Virus record (IMG/VR): IMGVR_UViG_3300025961_000410
Reading direction: 5' to 3' (one strand)
DNA from: an uncultured virus (IMG/VR IMGVR_UViG_3300025961_000410)
Taxonomy: Duplodnaviria > Heunggongvirae > Uroviricota > Caudoviricetes
DNA: 64,000 nt
Part shown: positions 41,619-50,700 of the stretch, piece by piece
Position numbering within the stretch: the first letter of the stretch is position 1
Layout of the letters: the number at the start of each line of letters is the position of its first letter
Notes under the pieces: model-generated
What the model was told of the DNA's origin: nothing
Databases searched by the model: none
Seen by the model: the letters and a program-made list of their open reading frames with translations, nothing else
Translations under genes and position numbers: made by a program

Positions 41619-42298
41619 GTATCGTTTTCAAACTTTTTCAGCTCGTCTTTGCCTGATTCGGTAATTATGTAACTTCCGTTGGTTCGTTCGATAGCAAATC
41701 CTTGACTAACCAAATCCTTCATAATGCTATCATATAACCACCCCATAGGTGAAAAACCCGCTTCACCTGTATTGTTTAAAGCTAGTAGATGGTCATACAG
41801 TCCAGTTGGTAGACGCTTTTCTTGCTTTTCAACTAGTTTGCCACCTTGCTCAACGGTAGATGATCTACCACGATCACCAGGCATGGTTGACCATTGCAAT
41901 CTAGAATCCCTTTCGAGAATGCACTTCTCAATTACGAGGAGGTTCTTTCGCATTTGTAGGGATTGCATAAGATGGTTCAAAACTTGGCGGTGACCAACTG
42001 GTCTAAGATTAAGATCATCAGTACCAGCGGATTCTCTAGGAAACCATTGGCGTTCAAAAACTATCTCTTCTGCCAGTAAGCTTGCAAGATAGTCAAGCTC
42101 CTCTAGTTCTACACGATTTCGATCCAGTAACCTTTGACGTAGCTTTCTACGGTATTCCCAGGAACGTGCAGCTGCGTCGTCAGGGGTTGTAGCGTCGCTT
42201 ATAAATTTTTCAACATCCCAATCCTGATATCTCGAATCAATCATTTAGACAGCTCCACAGTGTGATGCTTTCATAATACCTGAAGTGGGTTGAGAGTT

Positions 42299-43180
42299 TT
42301 ACTCATCAGGATCTGCTGCTTCAGCTCTTTCAAGAAGTTTTACTCTTCCCTCTTTTGTCAAACTGATAAGCAAATCTCGTAACTGTGTTGGAACCATTTT
42401 GAAATTCTCTTGCCCTAAGAACAAATAGACTAAACCTAGCTGTTTACATTTCTCTTCTGCTAAGAATACCTTGATCCTATCCTCATCCTTAAACCAGCCC
42501 TTGATCTCTTCGACCCTCTTAGAACCATCTATCAGAATGACTTCAAGATCTGGTAGATGGTATCTAACCTTTTCAGTTACAGTGTCTAGAAAACGAACTC
42601 TAAACTCGTGTTTCTTGGTCCACGATTTTACCATTGGATCGGCATCCAACTGTATGAATCTTTGAAGTTCATAGCTACTAGCAAACCATTCTGAATTACC
42701 TGTTTTGCTTGAGCTATAGGATCCCTTTAGAATCGATTTTGGACCTGCTTTTCCACTTAAAGCTGAATTTATGCCACCCACCTGACCTATCGATAAACCT
42801 GTCTTTTCGTCAATTTGTTCTGCTACTCGTTTTTTGTTACTGTCTGAATTAGCCCAAGCTAAATGGTTTGCCCTCTTTTCAGGATCCATCATTGGGTTAT
42901 CCTTCTTCATAAGAGCGGAATGTTCTGGCCTTGCAACTCCATAGTAGTGATTTTTCTCACCAGTCTTGGCTTCAGCCTGTTTTAGCCTAGTCTCTGCAGA
43001 GACTATCTTTCCTTTGTGTGTAGCACCAACCTTAGCTGCAGTAGCTTCAGAGATCAGCTTAGCATTAGGAAACTTTTCTTTATATTGCTCTGCAGTTAGG
43101 TTGTGTTTGTTTTTGAGATGGGTTGTAGTTACCCGTTTCATCGAAGCTTTACAAATCTCGCATTGAATAAACTCTTCCAT
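42299..43180 (-). CDS. Free-standing endonuclease: Zn finger + NUMOD3-like + TnsA-like PD-(D/E)xK domain
   Basis: CEIC...HLKNKH...YKEKFP; HKGKIVSAETRLKQAEAKTGEKNHYYG; SSYE...LDADP...YHLPDLEV...EEIKG. Confidence 0.75.
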   Translation of the reverse strand: MEEFIQCEICKASMKRVTTTHLKNKHNLTAEQYKEKFPNAKLISEATAAKVGATHKGKIVSAETRLKQAEAKTGEKNHYYGVARPEHSALMKKDNPMMDPEKRANHLAWANSDSNKKRVAEQIDEKTGLSIGQVGGINSALSGKAGPKSILKGSYSSSKTGNSEWFASSYELQRFIQLDADPMVKSWTKKHEFRVRFLDTVTEKVRYHLPDLEVILIDGSKRVEEIKGWFKDEDRIKVFLAEEKCKQLGLVYLFLGQENFKMVPTQLRDLLISLTKEGRVKLLERAEAADPDE

Positions 43181-43185
43181 ACAGA

Positions 43186-43194
43186 ATTATACCA
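43186..43194 (-). promoter_or_regulatory. Extended -10 leaderless promoter for the endonuclease gene
   Basis: TGGTATAAT-TCTGT-ATG. Confidence 0.6.
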
Positions 43195-43245
43195 GCCATC
43201 TAAAAAATACTAGAGAATACATGTTAAAAGGTTCCGCTAGAAGAC

Positions 43246-43284
43246 AAAAAGAAAGGCCCTGGAGGAAATCTTCAGGGCCTTTCT
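43246..43284 (-). terminator. Rho-independent terminator after the major capsid gene
   Basis: Minus strand AGAAAGGCCCTG...CAGGGCCTTTCT followed by TTTT. Confidence 0.85.
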
Positions 43285-43309
43285 ACGTCTTAATAGCTGT
43301 TTTTAGCTA

Positions 43310-44539
43310 TTACTTGCTGCCTTTGGAAACAGCACGAGCGTTGGGGATGCCAAAGCCCAGGATCTCTCCGAAGGCCCACCCTTTAACAAGTCTACGCTCA
43401 CTGTACATATTAAAAGGCTCCGAAAAAAGTTCCACGCGAATGCCCATCTCTCCAAGGTACTCTGAACCCGTTACAGCATAGACAGAACCAGCTGGAACGA
43501 CTTCCTCAATACCTGTGCCCGCAGTCGTGATGATCTGCGAGTTCAAGATGTTTCCAATGTACCCAGCGAGAATCAACTCACGCTCAGTAACTGGATCAAC
43601 AGCGGTGGACATGTTCTTGACGATGTCAGAAAGCTCCTGACGAGCGATCAAGAACTTCTCAACGATCAAGCGGTGACGCTCAACCTGGAACCGGATGTCT
43701 TCAAACGCTGCAATACCCAACGATCCGAACATCGTAGTAGTATTGATGGTCGTAGCAGCACGATCCAACAGAGCCAAACCACGCTTGTCTTCCTCGAGCT
43801 CAATTTCCTGACGAGCAGTGTCTTGAGCACGATCGAGGACATCGTAATTCATCTGATAGATGTCTTCGATGTCAACGGTCGGGAAGGACGTGATCTTGAA
43901 CTCCGACGGCTGAATGTACTTGCCGTAGAGTCTAGACTCGATCGACTGACCGTCCTGACCAACAACCCAAGCAGTAGCACGAACGTCCTTCGCAATGCGG
44001 AAGAGTTCGCCCTGAGCCAATGGACGAGTACGGTAGATCTTACGAGCCCAACCTTCGTAGTCGATGATGTCCTTGATCGGAAGCAAGAGCTCCTGACCAA
44101 CAATAGCAAAGCCTTCACCAGTCGGATCCTTCATGGCGGCAGCAAGGATTTCCATCCGAGCTTGCTTCGTCATCTGATCTTCGTGGCTGGCAGACTTACG
44201 GAAGTCTTGGAAGCCAGCAGACTTCGTAGCGTTCTGGAGCAGATGGGCGATCTGAGTCAGAGCATCACGATTGCTGTCGGCGTTGATCTGTCCGCTCTTG
44301 TCGAACATGCGGTTCTTAGGATCGCTAAGAGCTGCACGAACGGTGCTGCTGTTTCCAGCAAAGCGGCCAGGGTTGTAGTTACCGTTTTGATCAGTAACTT
44401 GCTCAGCAGCCTTGGTACGTGGGACAGCATTACCACTGTTCGTTGTAACTCGGCGAGCTTGAGTTGGAGCTGAAGCTTGACGCTGAAAGGATGGGGTCTT
44501 ACCAGCTTGAACAGCGTAAGGATTACGAGGATGTGCCAT
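43310..44539 (-). CDS. Major capsid protein (HK97 fold)
   Basis: 409 aa. PIKDIIDYEGWARKI...PSEFKITSFPTVDIEDI...DVLDRAQDTARQEIELEED...GWAFGEILGFGIPNARAV. Follows protease, scaffold and decoration genes, has a strong codon bias and is followed by a terminator. Confidence 0.85.
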   Translation of the reverse strand: MAHPRNPYAVQAGKTPSFQRQASAPTQARRVTTNSGNAVPRTKAAEQVTDQNGNYNPGRFAGNSSTVRAALSDPKNRMFDKSGQINADSNRDALTQIAHLLQNATKSAGFQDFRKSASHEDQMTKQARMEILAAAMKDPTGEGFAIVGQELLLPIKDIIDYEGWARKIYRTRPLAQGELFRIAKDVRATAWVVGQDGQSIESRLYGKYIQPSEFKITSFPTVDIEDIYQMNYDVLDRAQDTARQEIELEEDKRGLALLDRAATTINTTTMFGSLGIAAFEDIRFQVERHRLIVEKFLIARQELSDIVKNMSTAVDPVTERELILAGYIGNILNSQIITTAGTGIEEVVPAGSVYAVTGSEYLGEMGIRVELFSEPFNMYSERRLVKGWAFGEILGFGIPNARAVSKGSK

Positions 44540-44566
44540 ATTCTTTGTCTTTCCTTTATCCCGGTA

Positions 44567-45370
44567 TTAGACTGGGAGGCTGTACGAAGCAACCCCGAGA
44601 TAGGGATCAGACGCGGTTGGAAGCTGCATAACGCGACCGACAGCAACACGACCACCGCCGGTTGTAGTCGTAAGAATGCCTGCCTTAGTACCACCGTCAA
44701 CAGTGACAGCATTACCAATAGCATAGGTGATGGACGGATCGTACACAGTCGTGAAGATCAGCGACCAGCCCTGAACGATTGCGATACGACCTTGCTGAAT
44801 CGTAACATCGTCCAAGAAGTTCCAGAAATTACGACCCTGGAAATCCAGGTCCGCTTCTGGCACCGTGTAAGCATACGTCACATACACCGTCGAACCAGTC
44901 GGAATAGTCGAAACAGTCGAACGCTGGATCGTACCATTCGTATAGTTGATGGCGTAATCGTTCGTAGACGAAGTACCTTCCGTGTAGACAGTACCAGTCT
45001 GTCCAGCAGCAGAAGAGACACGAACACCACCAGTAGCACCTGGGAAGATCAGGGCGTGGCGGAGATTAACTGCAACAACACCCGTCAAGACGACAGGTTC
45101 ATCAGCGACTGCAGCAGTCAGAGCGCTGAGTTTATTCCACTTGGCAATACCAAATGGAACATTGAGTGGAGCCCCACCCGTTCCGTTGCAGACATCCAGA
45201 TTACCAGCAGCGTTAAGAGCCAGGAATTGACCTGACCGAAACTGTGCTGTTGGAGCAGCTACATAGATACCCGGGTCATTGGAAATGATTGACCGACGGA
45301 GATCGAGGCCGCTTTGGTTTGGATCGCCACGAAACGAATCGAGGCGAGGATCATACGGATTTAATGCCAT
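44567..45370 (-). CDS. Probable capsid decoration/stabilising protein
   Basis: Immediately upstream of the capsid gene with the same codon bias; beta-rich; GAGGT RBS. Confidence 0.65.
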   Translation of the reverse strand: MALNPYDPRLDSFRGDPNQSGLDLRRSIISNDPGIYVAAPTAQFRSGQFLALNAAGNLDVCNGTGGAPLNVPFGIAKWNKLSALTAAVADEPVVLTGVVAVNLRHALIFPGATGGVRVSSAAGQTGTVYTEGTSSTNDYAINYTNGTIQRSTVSTIPTGSTVYVTYAYTVPEADLDFQGRNFWNFLDDVTIQQGRIAIVQGWSLIFTTVYDPSITYAIGNAVTVDGGTKAGILTTTTGGGRVAVGRVMQLPTASDPYLGVASYSLPV

Positions 45371-45450
45371 GTGCTTTGTACCTCACCTAGAACCATTTGA
45401 TTGTTTTCGCACCATGCTATACAATCAAAAACTAAGGCTAGCAATTATTA

Positions 45451-47475
45451 CTAACGGCTGCCATAGAAACTGTGTAATGCGAGGCCCTTCGTTGAGCTGA
45501 GGGCTGCTCTAACATTACTGCGCTTATTTTCACCTTCCATGATGGTAGGAGCTGAAGCGCTATTCAAAAGAGGATTTCCTCTAAGAGCTGCTTGACGACG
45601 TCTTGCAGCAGTAGTATCCATTGAAGGACCTTCATCATCAGATCGCTCTAATGACTGACCTTCCATGACATGGTCTTCATCGCCATCCATCTGAGCTGAC
45701 ATCTCCATGTCATCAGCTTCTGGACCATCAGCATCAGCAGTAACTGGAGCTGGATTCAAGTTCGTCAGATCAGCTTCAATCTGGTCGAGAGATTCGTCAG
45801 ACATCTTCATGAAGGAGGCTGAACGCTTAATAAGATCATCGACGAATCCATTGATCGTTTCTGGAGAAAGTCCAGCCTCAACCAAGATGGTAGCAACTCG
45901 TGGCTCAATCCCCATATACTCTTCATGGCGACTTAAGCTACGTTCAGCTAAGAGGCTGTCAGCCATAGCAATCTTCAAACGATTTGGTTCGAGATTCAGG
46001 GCTTGTCGAGTAGCTGCCACTCTAACACATCGAGTAAATCTAGCTACAAATGTTCGGACCCGATCCTTAACTTCCTTATCAGCTCTGGCTCGGTACAGCT
46101 TAGCATACTTTGCGTCCATGTCGGGATCAGCTTCAGCAGTAGCTGGCATCGATGGATTTGGAGCAATTGCCTGTGGAGCGACTGGGCTTGCAGCTGAAGT
46201 TGGGATACCCGCCATCTCAGGAGCAGTTCCAGGAATACTTTGAGGAGCCATCTGTGACTTCTTGGACCCTGTGATCATTTTCTCATCAAAGTTGGACACT
46301 GCATCCTCCAGCGCTGTGTCCTTAGACAAGCTGAATGGTTTTCGTTTATCTCTCATCGTGGTGTCAGCATCATCAACCACTGACAATGCATTACCACCTG
46401 GTCGATCGTTGTTTTCATCAGCCATGTTGGTCTCACGACCATCGAGGCTGTTTGAATTTGTATCAAGGCCTGGAGCTTTGATTACGTCCGCTTGGCGGTT
46501 AGCTTTAACTCCCTTTCCAGAGAGTCCAGGACCATTACGAGTCAACTGATCTGGCTGCATATTTGTTGTTGAACCATCACCAGTAGCTGTTTCAATATCC
46601 ATATCGTCAAAATCTGGACCATCAGCGAAGTTGTCATCACCTCTAGCATTTGTGCTCTGATCTTTACCCATCTGTGAGGTGTTTGGAACTGGCTGCATGT
46701 TCGTTGTCCCGTAATCAACAACACCATCAGCAGTTCGAAGACGACCCTTCCAGGCAGAAGCTGTACGCGAAAGTCCAGATGAGCCAATCGACTTCAAGAT
46801 CTGAATAGCAGCAGCTCTCATAGCACTCTTGCTAGCTTTTGTCTTAGCATTGAGTGGGATCAGGATAATTCCCTGATTATTACGAGGATTGTAAACTTCG
46901 AGATTGTTCTGGGCAGTGTTGCGTATCTTTAAATCTCCATACGCTCCAATGTACTTCATGTCGCTCTGAATGCCCATCTCATCAGAGCTGAGATTTGGAT
47001 TCTGCTGCTCTTGTTCATCGATAAACTGAGAGATGTCACCTGGCTGAGCTTGGACTGGAGATCCCATACTAGCGGCAGGGTCATTAACATTTGGCATCAC
47101 AGGGCTAGCAGCCGCTGGAGCCATTGGAAGAGTAGCATTTGGGTCAAATTGCTGCTCTGGATCTACAGGAGGAATGGCGTTTGGATCAACAGGCATAGCA
47201 CCTGGAACCACAGGAGGAACTGCAGGCCCTGCACTAGGCATTGGCATGGAGTCCTGTTGAACCTGAGCTGGAGGAACCATTGGTTGCTGCATTGGAACTT
47301 CTGGTTGCAGCTGTTGTGCCTTCTTCATTTCTGTAGCGCCTTTTCCTTTTGAACTAGCAATCAAAGCTGCAGTTTCGTTCGTCATAGCTTGACGTTCGAA
47401 CTCACTCATAGCAGTTTTCTCAACAGAACTAAGACTATTTTCAGCCTTAGCAACGACGTCTTTAAGCTTAGACAT
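45451..47475 (-). CDS. Probable scaffolding/core protein
   Basis: Between protease and capsid genes; low-complexity P/Q/M/D-rich segments plus helical regions. Confidence 0.55.
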   Translation of the reverse strand: MSKLKDVVAKAENSLSSVEKTAMSEFERQAMTNETAALIASSKGKGATEMKKAQQLQPEVPMQQPMVPPAQVQQDSMPMPSAGPAVPPVVPGAMPVDPNAIPPVDPEQQFDPNATLPMAPAAASPVMPNVNDPAASMGSPVQAQPGDISQFIDEQEQQNPNLSSDEMGIQSDMKYIGAYGDLKIRNTAQNNLEVYNPRNNQGIILIPLNAKTKASKSAMRAAAIQILKSIGSSGLSRTASAWKGRLRTADGVVDYGTTNMQPVPNTSQMGKDQSTNARGDDNFADGPDFDDMDIETATGDGSTTNMQPDQLTRNGPGLSGKGVKANRQADVIKAPGLDTNSNSLDGRETNMADENNDRPGGNALSVVDDADTTMRDKRKPFSLSKDTALEDAVSNFDEKMITGSKKSQMAPQSIPGTAPEMAGIPTSAASPVAPQAIAPNPSMPATAEADPDMDAKYAKLYRARADKEVKDRVRTFVARFTRCVRVAATRQALNLEPNRLKIAMADSLLAERSLSRHEEYMGIEPRVATILVEAGLSPETINGFVDDLIKRSASFMKMSDESLDQIEADLTNLNPAPVTADADGPEADDMEMSAQMDGDEDHVMEGQSLERSDDEGPSMDTTAARRRQAALRGNPLLNSASAPTIMEGENKRSNVRAALSSTKGLALHSFYGSR

Positions 47476-48370
47476 TTTGATTCTCTAGGTAGTCTGCAAC
47501 TAGGTCTGCAACCACATCAGGTAGAGTCTCAGCATTGATCTTAGCAAACGCTAAGACCTTTAGATACTCTTCACGACTAACTGATGCTTGGAGACTAAAA
47601 ACATCCCCATTTGATAATGCTCTTGGATCTGCGGGCTGATCCACAGCACTTAGTTCAGCATAGACAACACCCATGCACCATTCAAATGCTTGGCGCTTTG
47701 TCCCGTCAACATCGTACCACTTGTTCTTGTTTCCATATTTAAGATGGTCACAGAACTGGCTACGATTTGAAGCTATGTGATTGCAGATTGAGCAAGCAGT
47801 TCGATCACACTCACAACCCATACTAAAAGCATTGATAACTCCACTCTTAATTCCCTCAGCTAAGTGAGGGTCTTTTGAGGCATCAATTGCTAGTAAGGTT
47901 TCTACAAACTCATCGTTTGGAAGAGAGGCCCCAGTCGCCGCCTCATACCTAGCTCTCCAATCAGCAGGCATGGGGTTGTGGTCGTTATAATGAACGTCCA
48001 CAATGACACCACGAGCCATCTTTGGATTATCAGTTCGATGGTTAACATGATGTGGTTTTGCTAAATACGTTTGATAAACTCTTCGTCCAATCTTATGATC
48101 GAACCGAAGAGTTTCAGCTTTCGAAAAGGCGTCGGCATTTTCATTTGGAACACCGACAGAGTTAGCACGTACTGGAACGAAGATAAAGTCCTTCGGATTT
48201 GTACTAATCTGATACGGTTCGCTAACATCTGCTAGAACAGCTTCTATATCAATAGAGCCTGGTTGCTGCAGGAAATAGCTTGCCGTGCGAGTTTCAGATG
48301 CCTTAAGTGCAGTCCGATTTCCGGACCATGAACCTAGGACAGATACGCTGGCAGTTTTATAGAAAGACAA
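47468..48370 (-). CDS. Prohead maturation protease
   Basis: PNENADAF, HHVNH, ARGVIVD, FSMGC followed by a CSIC...CDH cluster, ELSAVDQPADPRA; position upstream of scaffold and capsid genes. Confidence 0.8.
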   Translation of the reverse strand: MSFYKTASVSVLGSWSGNRTALKASETRTASYFLQQPGSIDIEAVLADVSEPYQISTNPKDFIFVPVRANSVGVPNENADAFSKAETLRFDHKIGRRVYQTYLAKPHHVNHRTDNPKMARGVIVDVHYNDHNPMPADWRARYEAATGASLPNDEFVETLLAIDASKDPHLAEGIKSGVINAFSMGCECDRTACSICNHIASNRSQFCDHLKYGNKNKWYDVDGTKRQAFEWCMGVVYAELSAVDQPADPRALSNGDVFSLQASVSREEYLKVLAFAKINAETLPDVVADLVADYLENQNV

Positions 48371-48372
48371 TT

Positions 48373-48411
48373 TTTGAGGAAGCTAATCATAAGTAGACTA
48401 GCTTCCTCAAA
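48373..48411 (-). promoter_or_regulatory. 13-bp perfect inverted repeat ending 2 nt before the protease start codon
   Basis: tttgaggaagcta / tagcttcctcaaa; the stem extends further by G-U pairing on the minus-strand RNA. Confidence 0.6.
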
Positions 48412-48576
48412 GACTAACAGTAATCGATTCGAATCACTTAAGATTCGGTTTATCTTTTTGCTTAGGCTCTGCTGCAACCTCTACCTTGGGTTGAGGTTTT
48501 TCATCACCTTTTGGTGGATCCTTTAATTCGAATGGATCCCCAACAACTGGGCTTCGACCCTGCTTTTTAAACGACA

Positions 48577-48780
48577 TCAAAACCTCACATGAGCTAGGTG
48601 GGAAGCTAAGAAAGTTTCCCACACAAAATAGCACATGATGACGATCAAGACAAACATCAGCAACCCTTTTAGCCATGCTACTGGAGCAGGGAGTGTGATG
48701 TAAGTCCAGAAAGCCCAAATTACTGTTCCTAGCAGACAAATTGCTAGAATAATGTAAACCAAATTTAGAACTGCGTTCAT
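48577..48780 (-). CDS. Small two-TM membrane protein
   Basis: Two hydrophobic helices in 67 aa. Confidence 0.6.
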   Translation of the reverse strand: MNAVLNLVYIILAICLLGTVIWAFWTYITLPAPVAWLKGLLMFVLIVIMCYFVWETFLASHLAHVRF

Positions 48781-49004
48781 GATTTACTCCAAATGAACTG
48801 CTGTGATAGGTGGATGCTCAAACTCGTAAGACTCAACCTTATGCTTACCTCCAGGGCATGGTAGTTGATCTTTATCCAGTGAAAGTGCTATACATACACC
48901 TTCTTGTGAAAAAACTTCAGCGTAGTTCATAGCATCAGTCAGATGAGGTTGAGGTTGAATCCTTTGACGTCCATCTGGACATACAATTTTCCACCTCTCA
49001 CTCT

Positions 49005-49346
49005 TCACGGTTTGACCCCAGCATATCGACAAGCTTTAGCGGACTCACAGGAGTCTGCATGCTTGACGCAGTCAGGATTCAAGCTAAGGACTTCGGAATC
49101 CTCTGCGTTCTTACAAACTTCAACACAAGTAGTACCTTTGGGAGTGGGCAATGCTTCCTTGCATTTGTACTTAGCAAAAACAGCGCATGCTTTCTCACAG
49201 TCAGTAACGGGTTCAGTACCACCATCAACTATAGGTGGTGGTATCACTACCGTAGTTGTAGTAGTTGGAACAGGGTCAGGTGACGGTTTAGGTGACGGTG
49301 TACATTGAGAAGCCAAAACCAGCGTTAACAGCATTGCTTTGATCAT
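49005..49346 (-). CDS. Secreted/lipoprotein-like Cys-rich protein
   Basis: MIKAMLLTLVLASQC signal, P/T linker, CxxAC...C...C.EVC...C...C...C; ATGA-coupled to the peptidase gene. Confidence 0.6.
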   Translation of the reverse strand: MIKAMLLTLVLASQCTPSPKPSPDPVPTTTTTVVIPPPIVDGGTEPVTDCEKACAVFAKYKCKEALPTPKGTTCVEVCKNAEDSEVLSLNPDCVKHADSCESAKACRYAGVKP

Positions 49347-50056
49347 AGATGCACCGCCCAAAGATCTGTAAAGGTTTGAGCAAACTCGTAAGAAACTCTC
49401 AAGAATCCATCTTCGCCATAATCTTTGCCCCAACTGTTCACTATCTTGAAATAAGTTGGTGTGTAACCTACAAAGGACAACGCATGTCCACCAATGTAAG
49501 GCTCTTCTGGGTCCGGGTTATAGATTCCACTAGTATATTCTTCAATCGATTGACCTACACTAGTTCCACCTCCAACTGGTTTTCCAGATGAAATTGACTG
49601 CTTAATCTGATCAAGGGTGGTAACTCTGTAATAGCCTGCTGGTCCATTATAGTCGATTCCCGCTTGGTACCTCTCCCATTCTGGTTGGATATCAACATCA
49701 TCCCCACCATACGAGAGTTCTGGTGGTCTGCCAAACCTTATCACCCCCTGAGCACAACTTCTCAGCTGAGTCCCTTGATCAGAGATTGGCCCACCATCGT
49801 ATTTTCTAGAATTGTAATACAAAAACCGCCTATCAGCTAAAGGTGGGTTTTTAACTCCAGCAACCTGATCTGCAATCCGAAGTAACTGAGCCCAGGTGTT
49901 TGCTACACAGTCATTGTTAGTCTGATTGAGAACTTCAACCACCTTGTCAGACAGATCAAACTCTTTGGGGGTAGGTGCTGCTGCCATAAGCATAGCAAAA
50001 TGCTTATCACGTGGATCTGGCTTATCTGGGATATAACCGTATTTAGCTATTGTCAT
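49343..50056 (-). CDS. Papain-family (C1A) cysteine peptidase
   Basis: YGYIPD.PDPRD propeptide-like start, NQTNNDCVAN (Gln/Cys), GGHAL (His), NSWG..YGEDGF (Asn). Confidence 0.85.
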   Translation of the reverse strand: MTIAKYGYIPDKPDPRDKHFAMLMAAAPTPKEFDLSDKVVEVLNQTNNDCVANTWAQLLRIADQVAGVKNPPLADRRFLYYNSRKYDGGPISDQGTQLRSCAQGVIRFGRPPELSYGGDDVDIQPEWERYQAGIDYNGPAGYYRVTTLDQIKQSISSGKPVGGGTSVGQSIEEYTSGIYNPDPEEPYIGGHALSFVGYTPTYFKIVNSWGKDYGEDGFLRVSYEFAQTFTDLWAVHL

Positions 50057-50700
50057 CTAGATGCTCTTTCTCTAATTTGTCGGCAACATCATCAATCCGG
50101 TTAGAATCGTTTGATTCAACCGATGAAACTACGTAAGGAAAATGGACAAACTTATCAGTTAGATATGATAGGTAGTCTTTATCTGACTGGACAATTTTTC
50201 GTCTAAACGAGCTTTTTCCTTCCTGATCAGTAACCACTACAGGCTTCCCATAAACTAGGGAAAACGCTTGGTAGAGATCAGAAGTAGGGTTACCCTTAAA
50301 CACCACCCGACCCTCTTTTGGGTTATGAATTACGACTGCAACCTTCTTATTGTTTTTCGAGATAATTGCGTAATTCATCGTTTTAGCTCCGGTCTAGTTA
50401 CAGGAGTAGGGCGTTCATCAAAGTCAAGATCCCTAGATCTTACTCTCTGCATTCTAACGGAATCTAGCTGGTCAATGATCGATTGGACTGGTGCTGATTT
50501 TCCGGCTCTCAAATTGTGCACACGGTTAATGACCATTTGCTGTAAAACTTGTTCAGCTTTTGCAAAGCAGTCGTCACAAAGGTCATAATTCTTTCCCGCG
50601 CTGCCACGACTATTCTTAGGATAGAAAATGACCGTATGTAGTTTCTCTGTCGAGGTTGCTGGGCAGCCATCACATTCATAAATCTGTCCTAAATGACTTG

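Larger units (their letters stand above)
28515..42244 (-). other. Block of ~40 small, mostly hypothetical minus-strand genes (probable early/host-takeover region)
   Basis: Dense 30-280 aa ORFs, often ATGA/TAATG-coupled. Includes small ORFs absent from the track (33630-33719, 34061-34222, 35018-35179). Punctuated by five copies of one promoter. Confidence 0.75.

Noticed and set aside
43673..45235. Long plus-strand ORFs (266 and 252 aa) opposite the capsid and decoration genes
   Set aside because: Antisense shadows caused by codon bias; no recognisable motifs; all credible genes are on the minus strand.
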